Origin: Camelus dromedarius
Lineage: Eukaryota
Direction: 5' to 3'
NCBI RefSeq assembly: GCF_036321535.1
Contig: NC_087437.1
Span: 45,324,001 to 45,388,000, forward strand
DNA: 64,000 nt
Below the pieces are notes generated by a model. It was given only the letters and a program-made list of their open reading frames with translations, was not told where the DNA came from and did no database searches. Shown here piece by piece: positions 37,831-50,199 of this stretch (positions are counted from its first letter, which is position 1; every line of letters begins with the position of its first letter). A program made the position numbers and the translations under genes.

Positions 37831-40800
37831 TTGACATGTTTCCATCTCTAAGTGCAGTCGTATTTCTTTATCAAGATGAGGAAGTCCACCTCTATATTTA
37901 GTGCACTGATAGTTTTTATTATGAATGACGGTTGAATTGTGCAAATGTTCTTCTGAATAAATTGATATGATTATGTGATTTTTCTTCTTTAGCTGGTTAA
38001 CAAAGTAGATTACACTGATTATTTTTTGCATACTGAACCATCCTTGCATCCTTGGAATAAAGCCCACTTTGTCATGGTGTTAAATTCTTTTTTACATTGT
38101 TGGATTCTATTTGTTAATGTCCTAAACAGTTATAGAGATATGCAAATTATTTCACACCAGCTGAATTGTGGTAGTTTGTGTTTTTCAGCAAGTGGTCCAT
38201 TTCAACTACCTTGTCAAATATATGGTATAAAATTTTTGATAGTACCCCCTTATTAACTTTTCAAAATCTGTAGGTTCTGTAGTATATCCCTTGTTTCATT
38301 TCGATATTAATTTTTCCAGAATACCAACCCTGCCATATTGACTATCTCTGTTTGGTTTTTATGATATATGTAGTTCTAAATTTTTACTTTTTAACTGCCT
38401 ATATTGATATATTGGAACTGAATTTCTTATAGACAGCATATAGTCAGTTCAAATCTGCCAAGGTATTTTTATTTTCTGTTTCTTCACTATGTTTCTGTTT
38501 TCTTTTTCCTACCCTCCAATGGTTTATTTGAACTTATTTTTAAAATTCCATTTTCACTTATCTTGAGTGTTTTTGAGTGTCTCTTTGTATTCCATTTTTG
38601 GTGGTTACTGTATTACACTATATATACACAACTTACCACAGTCTAATTCTTAAAATTTTACTAGTTTGACCTAATATACAAAAATTACCTCCCTATGATG
38701 ATTTACTCTCATCTATTTGGAATATGATTTTCTTAAATATTTCCTCTAGATATGTTTAGGACCACATCAGTCGGTGTTACAAATTTTCCTCAAAGGTCAA
38801 ACACTACTTTGGTACTCTCAAGATAAGAAGGAACATCTATTCTCATTTACCCATAATTTTGCCTAACCTTCCCTTTCTTCCTGATGTTCCAAGGTTCTTT
38901 CTTTTATAGTTTCCTTTTTGTTTATAAACTTCCTTTAGCCCTTTATTAGGGTAGGTCTACTAGAAACAAATTCTATTTGTCTTCCTTCATTTGAAACAGT
39001 TTTCTGATTTCCCTTCATTGCGGAAGGAAATTTTCTCCAGCTATAAAACTCTGTATTGGCGATTCTTTTCTTCAAGCACGTAAAACATTTTGTGCCAGTT
39101 CAGTCTAACTTCAGTGGTTTCAGATGAGAAATTCAGTCTTCTGAATTTTTTTCCACTGTATGTAAGGTTTTTTTTTTTTCCCCCTTTCTGGTTGCTTTAT
39201 AGATTTTTCTTTGTCTTCACTTTTCAGAATTTTAATTACTATTTGTCTTGGCCTGGATTTGTTTGAATTTATTCTGTTTTAGGTTTGTCAGCTTCTTAAA
39301 TTTATAAGTTTTTTAATTCTCCTTTCACAAATTTGGAAAAGCTTTCAGCCATTATTTCTTTGATTACATTTTCAGCCCTGCACTATGTATAGTTCTGTTG
39401 TTACAGTCCATCAGGTCTCTGTATCTCTTCATTTACTTTTTACCTACTTCCTCTCCGTTTTTCAGACTGAGCGATTTCTGTTGTTCTGTCTCAGAATTTG
39501 CTGATTCTTTCTCTCTCCTCCTCATTCTGCTGTTGACATCATTTACTCAGCTTTATATTTTGCTTATTATATTTTTCAGTTCTAAATTCTCTTTTTGGTT
39601 ATGCTTTATATCTTCTATTTTGTTGCTCAGGTTTGGTATTTTTCAATTTGTTTTAAGCTTTTTGTAATTGTTTATTGATGCAACTTTATCATGGCTGCTT
39701 TGGGATCCTTGTTAAATAATTCCAACATCTCTGCCATCTGGGTTCTGGCATCTATTAGTTGCCTTTTTCTCATTCATTTTGAGATTTTTGTTTTCTTGGG
39801 ATGATAAGCAAATTTTAAAAATTAAAACCTGGACATTTTTGGACTCAGTTATAGAATGCTGGATCTTATGGAAACCTTCTGTTCTAGCTGGCTTTTTTGA
39901 CACCGCTTTGTCATGAAGGAGGGGTGCTGCCTCAGTACTACCAGGTGGAAGTAGAAGTCCAGATTTCCCTGCTTGGGGAGGAGATTCCTTGTTACTGCTG
40001 GAATGGATGGACGTTCTGGCTCCCCATGTGGTCCCCACTGATGCCTCATGGGGGTGGCCTCATCAGTGCTAGGCAATCTTGAGAGCCCTGACTCCTGTTA
40101 GTCTCCTCTGACCCCACCACAGCCGGAGGTGTGGAGGTGCCTCATCACCACCAGGTGAGGTGCGAGTCAAGGATCCCCAGTTTGCTTCCACTTACGTGGT
40201 CGGGGAGGGGAAGGGCACTCATCAGGAGTAAGATTCCCGCTGGGCCCTCTCTAACACATATGCCGGGAGGGGGATCAGGGCACCTCGGTACAGCCTGGCA
40301 AGTGTGGAAGCCTAGATGTTCCACTTGCCTTTGATGGTGAAGGCAGAAGTGAGGCAACATTTTTCCTATGGTATTTGGATGTAGTAAAGTGGTTGTTGTT
40401 TAAAAGTTTTCTGTCTTGTTAGACTCCCCCCTTCCTGATCCTTTGGCTAGATAGAACAGGCTTTGAGGAGGACTTTTTGTCCATAACTGTCAGCCTTTCC
40501 AGGTTGCCAGTTTCTTTATCTACAAGTATCTATGAGGCAGAAAGAAAACCCAGGGAACTAACCACAGGGTCATTTCTCAGGTCCCAAGGTCTCTAGCCAG
40601 TATGCTTACCTCTTTCTACCTTTCAGAGTCTTCTGATGTTTAAGTATTAAAATATAGGATTTTCATTGTAATTAGTGAGAAGAATAGGGGGAATTATGTC
40701 TATCTTCCTAGAATCAGAAGTCTCTCCTTAAGCTTTTAAGTTTAATTTACAAACTGTTATTTTACTTTATTCTAATAAATCCTAAAAATCACTTTTAAGA

Positions 40801-41924
40801 TTTTTATTGCTTGTTGAATTGAATTTCTTTAATCTTGTAAAGTGCATTTATATTTAGGGCTTTTTTTTTTTCCTTTACCAAATTCAAATACCCTTAGTAA
40901 GCAAAATGTTTGCCATTACTTAAGTTTCTCTAGCAAATCTTATTATTTTAATTTTTCCTAATGTTTACAAACATATACAAATTGTATTTTACATTTCTAT
41001 TTAAAACTTATAACAGTAAAAATCACTTACTCAATTGTATATTTTAATTGGAATCATAAGATTATTCTGTTGTATAATATGTCAAAGTATGTTAAATATT
41101 TAAAATATGATATATAACAATTATACCTATATTTTTTCTAAACTTAACAGAAGATTTGTAGAAAGTGAACTTAATAGACTTGCTTATCTCTAAACATAAG
41201 TCTGAAACTTTCCAAGGTGAAAAAGAGCTCACCAAGAAATAATTTTATTTTCCCAAACATGTTAAAATTACCATATCAGCTGCTAAATTTTACACATTGA
41301 CTAAAGGTTTGGACATGGGCAGAAAACTGAAACCAAGTGACTTTTCTCACTGCAAACATTGACATAGTGAGGTCCCTAGAGTTAATCAGTCTCTCCTGGA
41401 TTCAAGACACACCATTGCTTAATTCTCCTATCCAGTTTGAATTTGACACCCCACACAGGCTGATGCTAACTTCCTTCACTGTTGAGTTGTACTTTCCAAT
41501 TTTACCTTTTTTTTTTTTTATAGTTTTTATAGTTTAATTCCTTCCCATCGGGTGCTAACAGCATATTACTATCATCTCATTAGATATTGTATGCCCTTGT
41601 TCCTATGTTTCCTATCCCTGTCCATTTTATCGCTTAATTAGAGTTGACAGACTTCTTGTATCTCAAATATTTTTCCTATCTGGAACTTTTCATCATTATA
41701 CATCTACATTAAGGGAGTATACAGTATGCTGACTCATGTCCCCAGCTGCTACCTGGACAAGTATTCCAGACAGACTAGTCACCAAGTGCTGTGAATTCAC
41801 TCCCTAAACAGCTGAGTATCTGTGCTACCTGGAGATCCAAAATGATGATGTTTCTTACTAGGTTATATTATTTTTGTTCAGACTGAGTCCATGACAGCCC
41901 ATTTAGAAATTATAGTAAATATGC

Positions 41925-42500
41925 ATTGGCATGGATTCCTGGCTCACAGTAATTCCCCAGCATCCATGCTATCCTCCCTTTCTAGGGGGAACTACTTCAC
42001 TCACACATTAATCATTGATTCTAACAGGGGCTTCAATTAATGACATTTTGTATTACTCACACCCTAGAGAGGGGCACATATCCCAGCTTGGATATACATG
42101 GTATCCTCCAACCCTGTGCCACAAAAAATTGGACTAAGCAATGTGTGATATATTTCCACTCAACTAGAGTTCTTTCTCTGAACTTTTTCCAAGCATTGCT
42201 GATGGTTAAATCCTCTCCTCTGGTAATGAAGCTGCAAACTCTGAACCTAGATCTTTCAGTGGCCCCTCCATAGTCACATGTTGAAAAGTGGTCAGTGGTA
42301 GGAAAGCATTAAGGGAATGCACAGAGACCAGAAATGGAAGGAAGAGAAAAAAAGCCCTAGTGACAAGAGAGTTCTGCTTTCAGTCATTTCCACTTAGGCT
42401 TCTGTAATTCTTGGTTATGTAAGTCAATACATCCCTCAGTTTACCTAAGAGCTTTCAGGTAGCTTTTTGGTCACAGGCAACAGAACAAACCTGATTACCA
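41925..42500 (+). mobile_element. Old MaLR LTR (MLT1J/K-like)
   Basis: Ends GTTATGTAAGTCAATACATCCCTC...TTTTGGTCACAGGCAACAGAACAAACCTGATTACCA. Confidence 0.7.
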
Positions 42501-43269
42501 TGATCACAGCTTGCTGTCTTCCTTACCTGACAGGTTAGCTTTATACTCATGTATCTTTCTACCTCTCCTCATGCCCATTTGAATTATAAATACATGAGAT
42601 TTATTTTAGATGCTATATCGAGTCCTTAACATTCATAATCAGAAAAAAAAATTCTCTAATATGCCAAAGAAAGGCACCAACACGGTCTGATAGTTTATTT
42701 GAAAATTGAAAACACTTGGCCTGTTTATGGAATTATCATGCTAGAAGATTGTGGTTATTTTCTTGGTTTGTTGGGTTCCCAGTAGCATTTTAATGATGTA
42801 AATTAATATGATTTTATTTCCCTAAAGGATCTCATCTATGCTATTCACTCATTCTGAACAGGGAAAAAGTCAGATAAAAAGAAGTGTGATTTGTCATTGT
42901 GACTTTCGAGAATTCGCTTAGCATCTCAATTTTTAACATTAGCTTTTTCTCTTCAGTTCCATTTATAGTATTCCAAAACTGCTAAGAAATTATCCCCTCA
43001 AAGAAAATAAGTTCATATTCTTAATAGCTGTGCTCAGATAAGGATGCTAATCTCTCCCTTACAGAATATTCTAAAGATAAAATGAGTCGTCTTGTCTCTC
43101 CAATTACCCTGAAAAGCTCCTTGAGAATAAGACTCCTGTCTTCCATTCTGTTACCCTTATACTGTGCCAGCAGAGCATTTTCTTCTCCTAAAAGGCCCAC
43201 AAAGTTCTCATTGACCAGTAAAAAATACAGTATGGCTGTCTTCCTGTTCTGAGCATTTAAATCTTAAAG

Positions 43270-44585
43270 CTATTCAGTGTATAAAGCAGGGTCAATGTCA
43301 GCAGTGAGGGAAGAGAGAGGTTGCCTCAATGGTCCAGAGCAGGGTCTAAGCAGAGTGAGAATCCTGTCACTGCAAAAGGGCAGCATGGCTTGGGGAGTGA
43401 GAATTCCAACAATGTCAGAGTCTGCGGAGGGTGAGGAGTGATCCCAGGGAATTGGGAAAGTGAGTATGCAGGAATGGAAAATCAGATCCTGAGCAGGGAA
43501 AGGACAGCATCCGCTCAAGGGAGGGAGTAACACCAGTGATGGGAGACTGGATACGTACAAAAGCATCAAATAGACAAAAGAACCAGAGATCCCTGGAGAG
43601 GTGGCTTATTCCAGGTTTGGGACAGGAAAAGTACACCTGGAAGTATTTTTATTTTAAGAAGTTAAGAAAGTGTTCAAAGAACAATGGAACATGGAAAAAG
43701 GACAGAACAGCTAGCTTAAAGGATCTCAAATTGATCATATGACAATCTGAGCATCAAAATAAATGATAATAGTGGATTATAACCCACTGAACAAAAACAG
43801 AAACTGTGAATCCATATGTTATAAAGAATGAATGCATTAAAAGTTTGAAAAGGAAGAGATATTTTCATAGATTCCAAGTAACTTCCTAAATAGTACTTAT
43901 GAACTTCAAAAATAAGTAGTTCTAAAGTTAAGTCATCTGACAGACATCCCCCTAAACAAGTGATCCAAGTGAACATCATCCGTAATGGGACAATCTGAAA
44001 CCATATGCCACCAGCTAGGATACAATGAGAAAAACACAGCGTCATTTCTGTAACACTCCTGTGGATGAGAAATAGCTTGACTCTAAATATAAGGCAACAT
44101 CAGACAACTGCAAACTGAGGGCTATTCCACAAGACAACTAGACTTTAATCCTCAAAAATGTCAAAGTCATGAAATCAAGGGAAGATTGAAGAACTGTTGC
44201 AGATTGTAGGAGACTGGCAACCAAAGGCAATGAGTGATTCTGAACTAGAGTCCTTTGTCATTCATAAATTACATTATTAGGGAAATTGGCAAAATTGGAA
44301 TAGGACCTGAGTATTAAATGGTAAAATATATCAGTATTAACTTTCTGGTTTTGATGGTTATATTACGGTTACTCAGGAGAATGTGCTCATTATAGAACAA
44401 AGTACAATATACTACTTCTGAATGCCACTAAGTGCTATTAAACACCGTCCTTGTTTGTAGGATGAAGTACTGGAGTGTTATACAGCAAGGCTGGCAAGTT
44501 AATCTCAAATGGGTCAGAAAAAAATGCTCTCTGTGCTGTACATTCAACTTTTATGTATATCTGTTACAGAATTAATAGAAATACT
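43270..44585 (+). mobile_element. L1MC3/L1MC4-like 3'UTR
   Basis: GC-rich CAGAGCAGGG/GGGTGAGGAG subrepeats, then AAACAAGTGATCCAAGTGAACATCATCCGTAATGGGACAA etc. Confidence 0.8.
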
Positions 44586-45892
44586 ATTTACCAACATTAC
44601 AGGACATTAAAACACCCTATAACCAAAAACCTTTACATATTTACACAATAAAAAACGATAATACAAATACTATTTATTTTGCATACCATTTATCTACACA
44701 GTTAAGCTTTATGCTTTTAGACAGAAATCAAACATTATTTCTTTAAATGAAAAGCAAACCAACCAGTACAAAACAAAAACACAGGAACAGTTTATTTGTG
44801 TCAATAATTGTGTTACATTGCTGTACACGTGTAAACTATCTGGTTCCCCTGTTCACTTTTCTTCCTTTGCTCTGCCATTAGGTTAGTGGCACCTAGAGAT
44901 CAGAACAGAGTTCTTTTCATGCCCTTTACACCCCGATTGTGATTGTGGGTTTCCTTGTCAGTCCACCATCTTGTGAGCCCCTCAAGGACAGATTCCTTAT
45001 CTTCTCTAGCTTGGCACTGCTTCCAAACAACTACCATAATCATGAAAAGGCATTTCTTATGGATTTGGGGGCAGTCTGACCAGTTTGTAAGTGATCATTA
45101 TCACTTGAAATGAATGAGCTGTGCTAACAGAAGATCCCCCCAGGGCACATCTGCACACCTGAGACAGGTGTGAAGGCAAGAGTGGACAAGAGAATCTATA
45201 GACACAAAGGTCAAAACAGAAAACAGAGTACCATAGCCATCACTTTTTAATTATCTAGGTAATATATGTTTGCCTTCTCCTTCTTCTGTGAGAACTGCCT
45301 TTGCCTCAGAGGTAGGACCCTGAGATCTTTGCTTTGTTATGGATAAAGATCTATGCTCTCCATGGTCATAGGCTATTGGGGTGGGGGTGGTACTTTTGCA
45401 GCTTCTTTATGGATTTGAATGGTCCTTCTGTGCCTGTCCACCTTTTTCCTCTTCTCAGGCCAGCTGTCCAGCTTCTGTATCTGTATTTACTAGTCAGAAG
45501 TCTATACTTTGCTTGTTCCAGTTCCAAACTCCTAAAAGACAGCCTCCAGAGATAGTCTCTCTTGGTGAGGTGCAGAGTGGTGACAAATCAGAGAGGTGGC
45601 CACAAACTAGATTTTGGAGGACTTTGCGGGGCCCTAGTAAAATGTTTGAATTATTCTCAGTGAAATAGAAAAACACTGGAATTTTGTTTTTTGTTTTAGA
45701 ATCAAAATCTAACACACAAAAAAGGAAGTAAATTATGCCTGTATCTTGATGAATTTTACATACACCCTTCCCCCAACACACACACGTAAACACCATATAA
45801 CTGCCACCCTGATCAAGTATACAATACTTCTAGTAATCCAAAAATTTTCTTCCCATTTAACATCCCTTCTCCCTTCAGAGGTAAGGACTAAT

Positions 45893-46098
45893 TTGAATAT
45901 AGTTCCCTGTGCTATACATAGGACCTTGCTGTTTATCCAGATGTTGTGAAGATTTTCCTTGTAGTTCCAATTGTACAAGATCGTCTGCCAAAGTTCAGCA
46001 GGTGTTCTGTGAGAATTGCATTTGTAGATATATTTCAGATGTATTTGTGGGAGAGGGTGAGTTCCGTGTCCTTCTGCTCCACCATCTTGAACCCCTCC
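45893..46098 (-). mobile_element. Chimeric mini-L1: cetartiodactyl L1 5' terminus fused to 3'UTR segment
   Basis: Minus strand reads GGAGGGGTTCAAGATGGTGGAGCAGAAGGAC...(L1 5' end)...CTGG|ATAAACAGCAAGGTCCTATGTATAGCACAGGGAACTATATTCAA; the last part matches the 3'UTRs at 57383 and 62891. Confidence 0.8.
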
Positions 46099-47361
46099 TT
46101 GGTGGCTTCTATTTGACATTATTATGAATAAAACTGCCAGCAATATTTTTAAGTACATATCTTCTTTTGTACACATGCACTAATTTTTCCAGGTATATTA
46201 CTAAGAGGAGAATTACTTGATCATAGGGTAAGTGTATTTGGATTTGGTAGAAACAGCTGAAGAATTTTCTACAGTGATTTTTACCAATTTAAACTCCAAA
46301 CAGAATGTATCAGGAATAATGTATAATGTATAAATATACAGTGCCCTTGCTAACACTTGATATTATCAGGCTCTTTAATTTCAGCCATTCTTTTAAGGGT
46401 GTTAATAGTATTGCGACATAGTTTTAATTTGCATTTTCTTGATGACTGACAAAGTTGAGCACCTTTTCATATGGGAAGGGGCCATTTGAATATCCTGTTT
46501 TGAAGTGTCTATTCAAGGATTTTTGCTCACTTTTGGTTTCTTGTTTTTTTAAACTGACATACAGAAACTCATTACATTCTGTATATATTGCTAATACCCT
46601 CTCTCAGTGTGTGACCTGCTTTTCCACTTTCTTAATAGTGTCTTTTAATAAACAGAAATCTCTACTTTTAATTAAGCCCAATTTATCTAATCCTTTCCTC
46701 TTAATGTTAGTGCTTTTTGTGTCCTATTTAAGAAAGTTACGCCTACTCTGGAGCTTCAAAATACTCTACTATATCTTTTTATAGAAGCTTTATTATTTAC
46801 TTTATACATTCACATATGCAAACCATTTGTGACTGAGTTTTGTGTATGGGTTTAGTAGACACTAAGTTTCACTTACTTCCATTTGAATATCCAATTGATC
46901 CAACATTATTGTTTTTAAAAAAACAAAAAAATCTTCTTTCCCTACTGAATAGCAGTGGCACTTTGTTGTATATCAAGTGAATATTTATATGCAATTTCTG
47001 CTTTCTTTCATTATTTCCTCACCCTTGCTCCAATATTACAGCATCTTAATTTCATTCTTTCAAAACTTTACCAATACAAATCTTTGACTTGTTCTTTTTA
47101 AAGATTGTTTTGTATTCTACATCCTTTGAATTTATATACAAACTTTAACATTTACTTGTCAATTTTGATGTATACACATATTAACTCAAACTCTCTCAAA
47201 GAATGAAAACCTGCTGGAATTTATACTGGCATTGTACCAAGTCTGCAGATAAAATTTGCAAGCACTGACACCTGTATAATATTGAGTCATTCTATCTCTA
47301 TATTTATTTATCTAAATAAATTTATTAATTTATTCTCTTAAAAATATTCTGCTCTTTTCAA

Positions 47362-47512
47362 ATGCTTTGTGTGTGTGTGTGTGTGTGTGAGAGATAATTA
47401 GGTTTATTCATGTATTTATTAATTTATTTATTTAGTGGAGATACTGGGAATTGAACTCAGGACCTCATGCATGCTAGGCATGCACTCTACCACTTAGCTA
47501 TACCACCCTCCC
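47362..47512 (-). mobile_element. Vic-1-type camelid tRNA-Ala-derived SINE with (CA)n in its tail
   Basis: Minus strand GGGAGGGTGGTATAGCTAAGTGGTAGAGTGCATGCCTAGCATGCATGAGGTCCTGAGTTCAATTCCCAG (A and B boxes) and AATAAACCTAATTA tail; 13-bp TSD CTGCTCTTTTCAA / CTGCTGTTTTCAA. Confidence 0.9.
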
Positions 47513-47959
47513 CTGCTGTTTTCAAGGTACAAGTCTTTCGTATCTTTAATAATATGGTTTTCATACTATGGTAAACAGAATATTTTAATTTTATTTTGTA
47601 ATCTGTTGCTTATAAGTTGAAATATTATTTACCTTTGTGTATAGATTTTATATCCTTTGTATACTAACCTTATACATATATGTATACAGACTTTGGATTC
47701 TTTTATATTGGCCTTGCTAATTCACTTAGTAATTCTAATAGTTTTTGGTAGATGTTTTGTATTTTCTATTTATACAATCACATCACTTGCAAATAATGAC
47801 AGTTTTATATCTTCCTTTCAAAATTTTCTTTCTTACATACTTTCTTGTCTTATAGTCCTGTCTAGGACTCAAAAAAGGTTTTAAGTGGTGATAAATTTAA
47901 CATATAACATTTTTGGTATTAAGAACAAGAATGGAGGAACCATCCCCAATTCAATTCCT

Positions 47960-48670
47960 ATTTCTACAGTTCAGGCCAGTGATAATGGTGGCTTTGACCA
48001 GGAATGTTGTTGTATAAGTGGTGGGAAGTAATCATATTCTAAATATACTTAGAATGTAAAATCAAGAGGAATTTCCAACATAAGCTATGAACATAAGAGG
48101 AGTCCTGAAGGATTCCAGCTCTTAGTGTTGTTTGATTGAACAACTGAACAAAAGAAGTTACAATTTACTAAGAAGAGAAGACTGAGAAAATCAGGTTGCA
48201 GAACTAGGTACAGAAATTGCATATTCATTTTTGAACATGCTAATTTGGAGTTACCTATTAGATTTCTTAGTAAACATTTTTTGTTGGTAGTTAGATATAA
48301 CAATCTGAACTTCATGAAGGAGGTTTGAGTTCTCTGGCTATACATTTGGAAGTCATCAGCATATAAATGATATTTAAACTATAGAATATGTGAAATAAAT
48401 GTCATTACAGAGAAGCAAAAGTATAAAGACTGAACTGCGGGACATGCCAACACTTGTGGGATGGAAGGATGAAAGGAGTATCAAAGCATAAGGAAAAGGA
48501 ACAGCCACACAGTTTTCAGAGGAAAACCATACAGTATGTTTCTCCCAGTAGCCAATAAAGTGGAAGGATAGAGGAATGAACAACTATGTCAAACGCTGCT
48601 GACAGTTCTACTAAACTGAGGACTGGGAATTAATCATTGGATTTGAGTACTCAGAAATCATTAAATAATG
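47960..48670 (-). mobile_element. L2 LINE fragment
   Basis: GATAATGGTGGCTTTGACCAGG ... TTCATTTTTGAACATGCTAATTTGGAG ... TTGGAAGTCATCAGCATATAAATGATATTTAAA. Confidence 0.85.
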
Positions 48671-50199
48671 GGAATTGTAGCTCCGGTTGCTGAATCTCCC
48701 ACAAAAAGCAGTTCTACTTAATGACACAGGCCACCTATCACAAGCAGAGCACATAACAGTATCAATGAACTCAGCTGTCATCTGTTAATAGGTTTTTTTT
48801 TTAAGGTTAGGGAAAAACAGTAAGTTCTTAAGTCTGTCAAAGTTTCAAAACGGTAGCTGTGTTTTCTTTTTTATCATTATTTTCAATTTGGGGCAGTTTG
48901 CCTTAATTCCCCCACTCTTTTCTTTCCGCATTTTTCCGATTTTGAGTTCCTCTCCTACACCCAAAGCAGCAAATACTATAATGACCAAATGGCCTTATGC
49001 TTCATTCACTCCAAAATGTAAAGAGCTCACTGTATCCATTCCTCCAAAAGCATTTATATTTTAAACCAGAATCACTGGTTGAAAACTTAAATACATGGAA
49101 GTTGACCACTGAAGATAGAATTTTAATCATTACCTTGTTTGATTTTATAGCCCTTTCATATCATGTCACTTGGCAACCAACAGTTGAAATGAAGATAAAA
49201 TTTCATGAAGCACTGAGGCATGGACTGCCAATATTCTGCTACTAGTATATATCCTTCAGACTTAATGAGAAGTGTTCTTACTTAAAAAAGCTCTCAAACC
49301 TAGATCTAATTCCCACAGCAAAGAATAATTAGTCTTGCCATGTCTTACAACAATCAGATTCTGAAGTTTATTTTGACTCCTGATTTTTTATATCCTTTCC
49401 TCATGTACTTCCAATGACAAGAATACATATACCATTAGGGTTATTATTTAGGTTTCTTATTAGAATTATTACCTTAGATTAAGACATGCTTATTTTTAAA
49501 TGGTCATGTGTTCCCCTTTTGTGACTATAACTCCAAATAGTTACCAATAGCATTGGTGCCAATATTTGTCAATGATTCATATACCATGTGCACATTATTC
49601 TCAAATGTTCTCTTTTACAAAATTTGCTGATGCAAAAGTGAAGGTCAGTACAATCAACTCAATACATCCCTTTTTTTCTTTGGCTAAATCTTCCCTTGTA
49701 ACTCACTGCCAAAATACTGAAATAGTTTATTTTAATACAACTAATCTAATTCAATCAAGATAATTTTTAAAAGTAAATCAAAGAGATAGTTTTGGATATC
49801 TGATGGAGAGAATTGACCTTAAGTATTTGAAGACTAAATTTAGCTGCTTGAAATAGTATAAGGAATTGTATTCCGCATCTTAGAGTGAGTTAATAATTAA
49901 ATATAAGACTATTATATAAAGCAATAGATGTGATTTTTTTTTTCTGCTATGCCCTGCAGGTCATAGCCTTAAGAGATGAGACATTTAGAGTATCTATCAA
50001 TGAGCCAAATTTTCCTACACATTTTGCAAAAGAATAGAATAGGTTGTTTTGCAAATATCCACCCTCACCTCCATGGGAGCAGTGTATTTCCCTACTATAC
50101 TGATGATGGGATTCTCCTTATGTCTTCCTTTGGTCTTGTGATAAGCAGAGTATTTTATCTGGGACTCAACTTTATCACTTGTTTTGATCAATGAGTATC

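Larger units (their letters stand above)
36540..40722 (-). mobile_element. Internally deleted L1MC-type LINE
   Basis: 3'UTR matches the reverse complement of 23200-23430; RT remnant ORF 37771-38067 ([11 protein letters not shown]); GC-rich 5'UTR subrepeats at 39900-40340; 5' end homologous to 20230-20480. Confidence 0.88.
45690..47890 (-). mobile_element. Old L1M 3' part (host of mini-L1 and Vic-1)
   Basis: GTTTTAATTTGCATTTTCTTGATGACTGACAAAGTTGAGCACCTTTTCATATG; ATCACATCACTTGCAAATAATGACAG (RT LFADD region, reverse strand). Confidence 0.85.

Noticed and set aside
39900..40340. CpG-island promoter or novel tandem repeat array
   Set aside because: These are the GC-rich subrepeats of the L1MC 5'UTR on the minus strand.
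20230..40722. Large inverted segmental duplication or palindrome
   Set aside because: Only the repeats match. The unique DNA between them is not mirrored, and element order and TSDs differ.
47435..47512. tRNA-Ala gene
   Set aside because: Degenerate stems, an AT-rich tail and a TSD identify it as a SINE.
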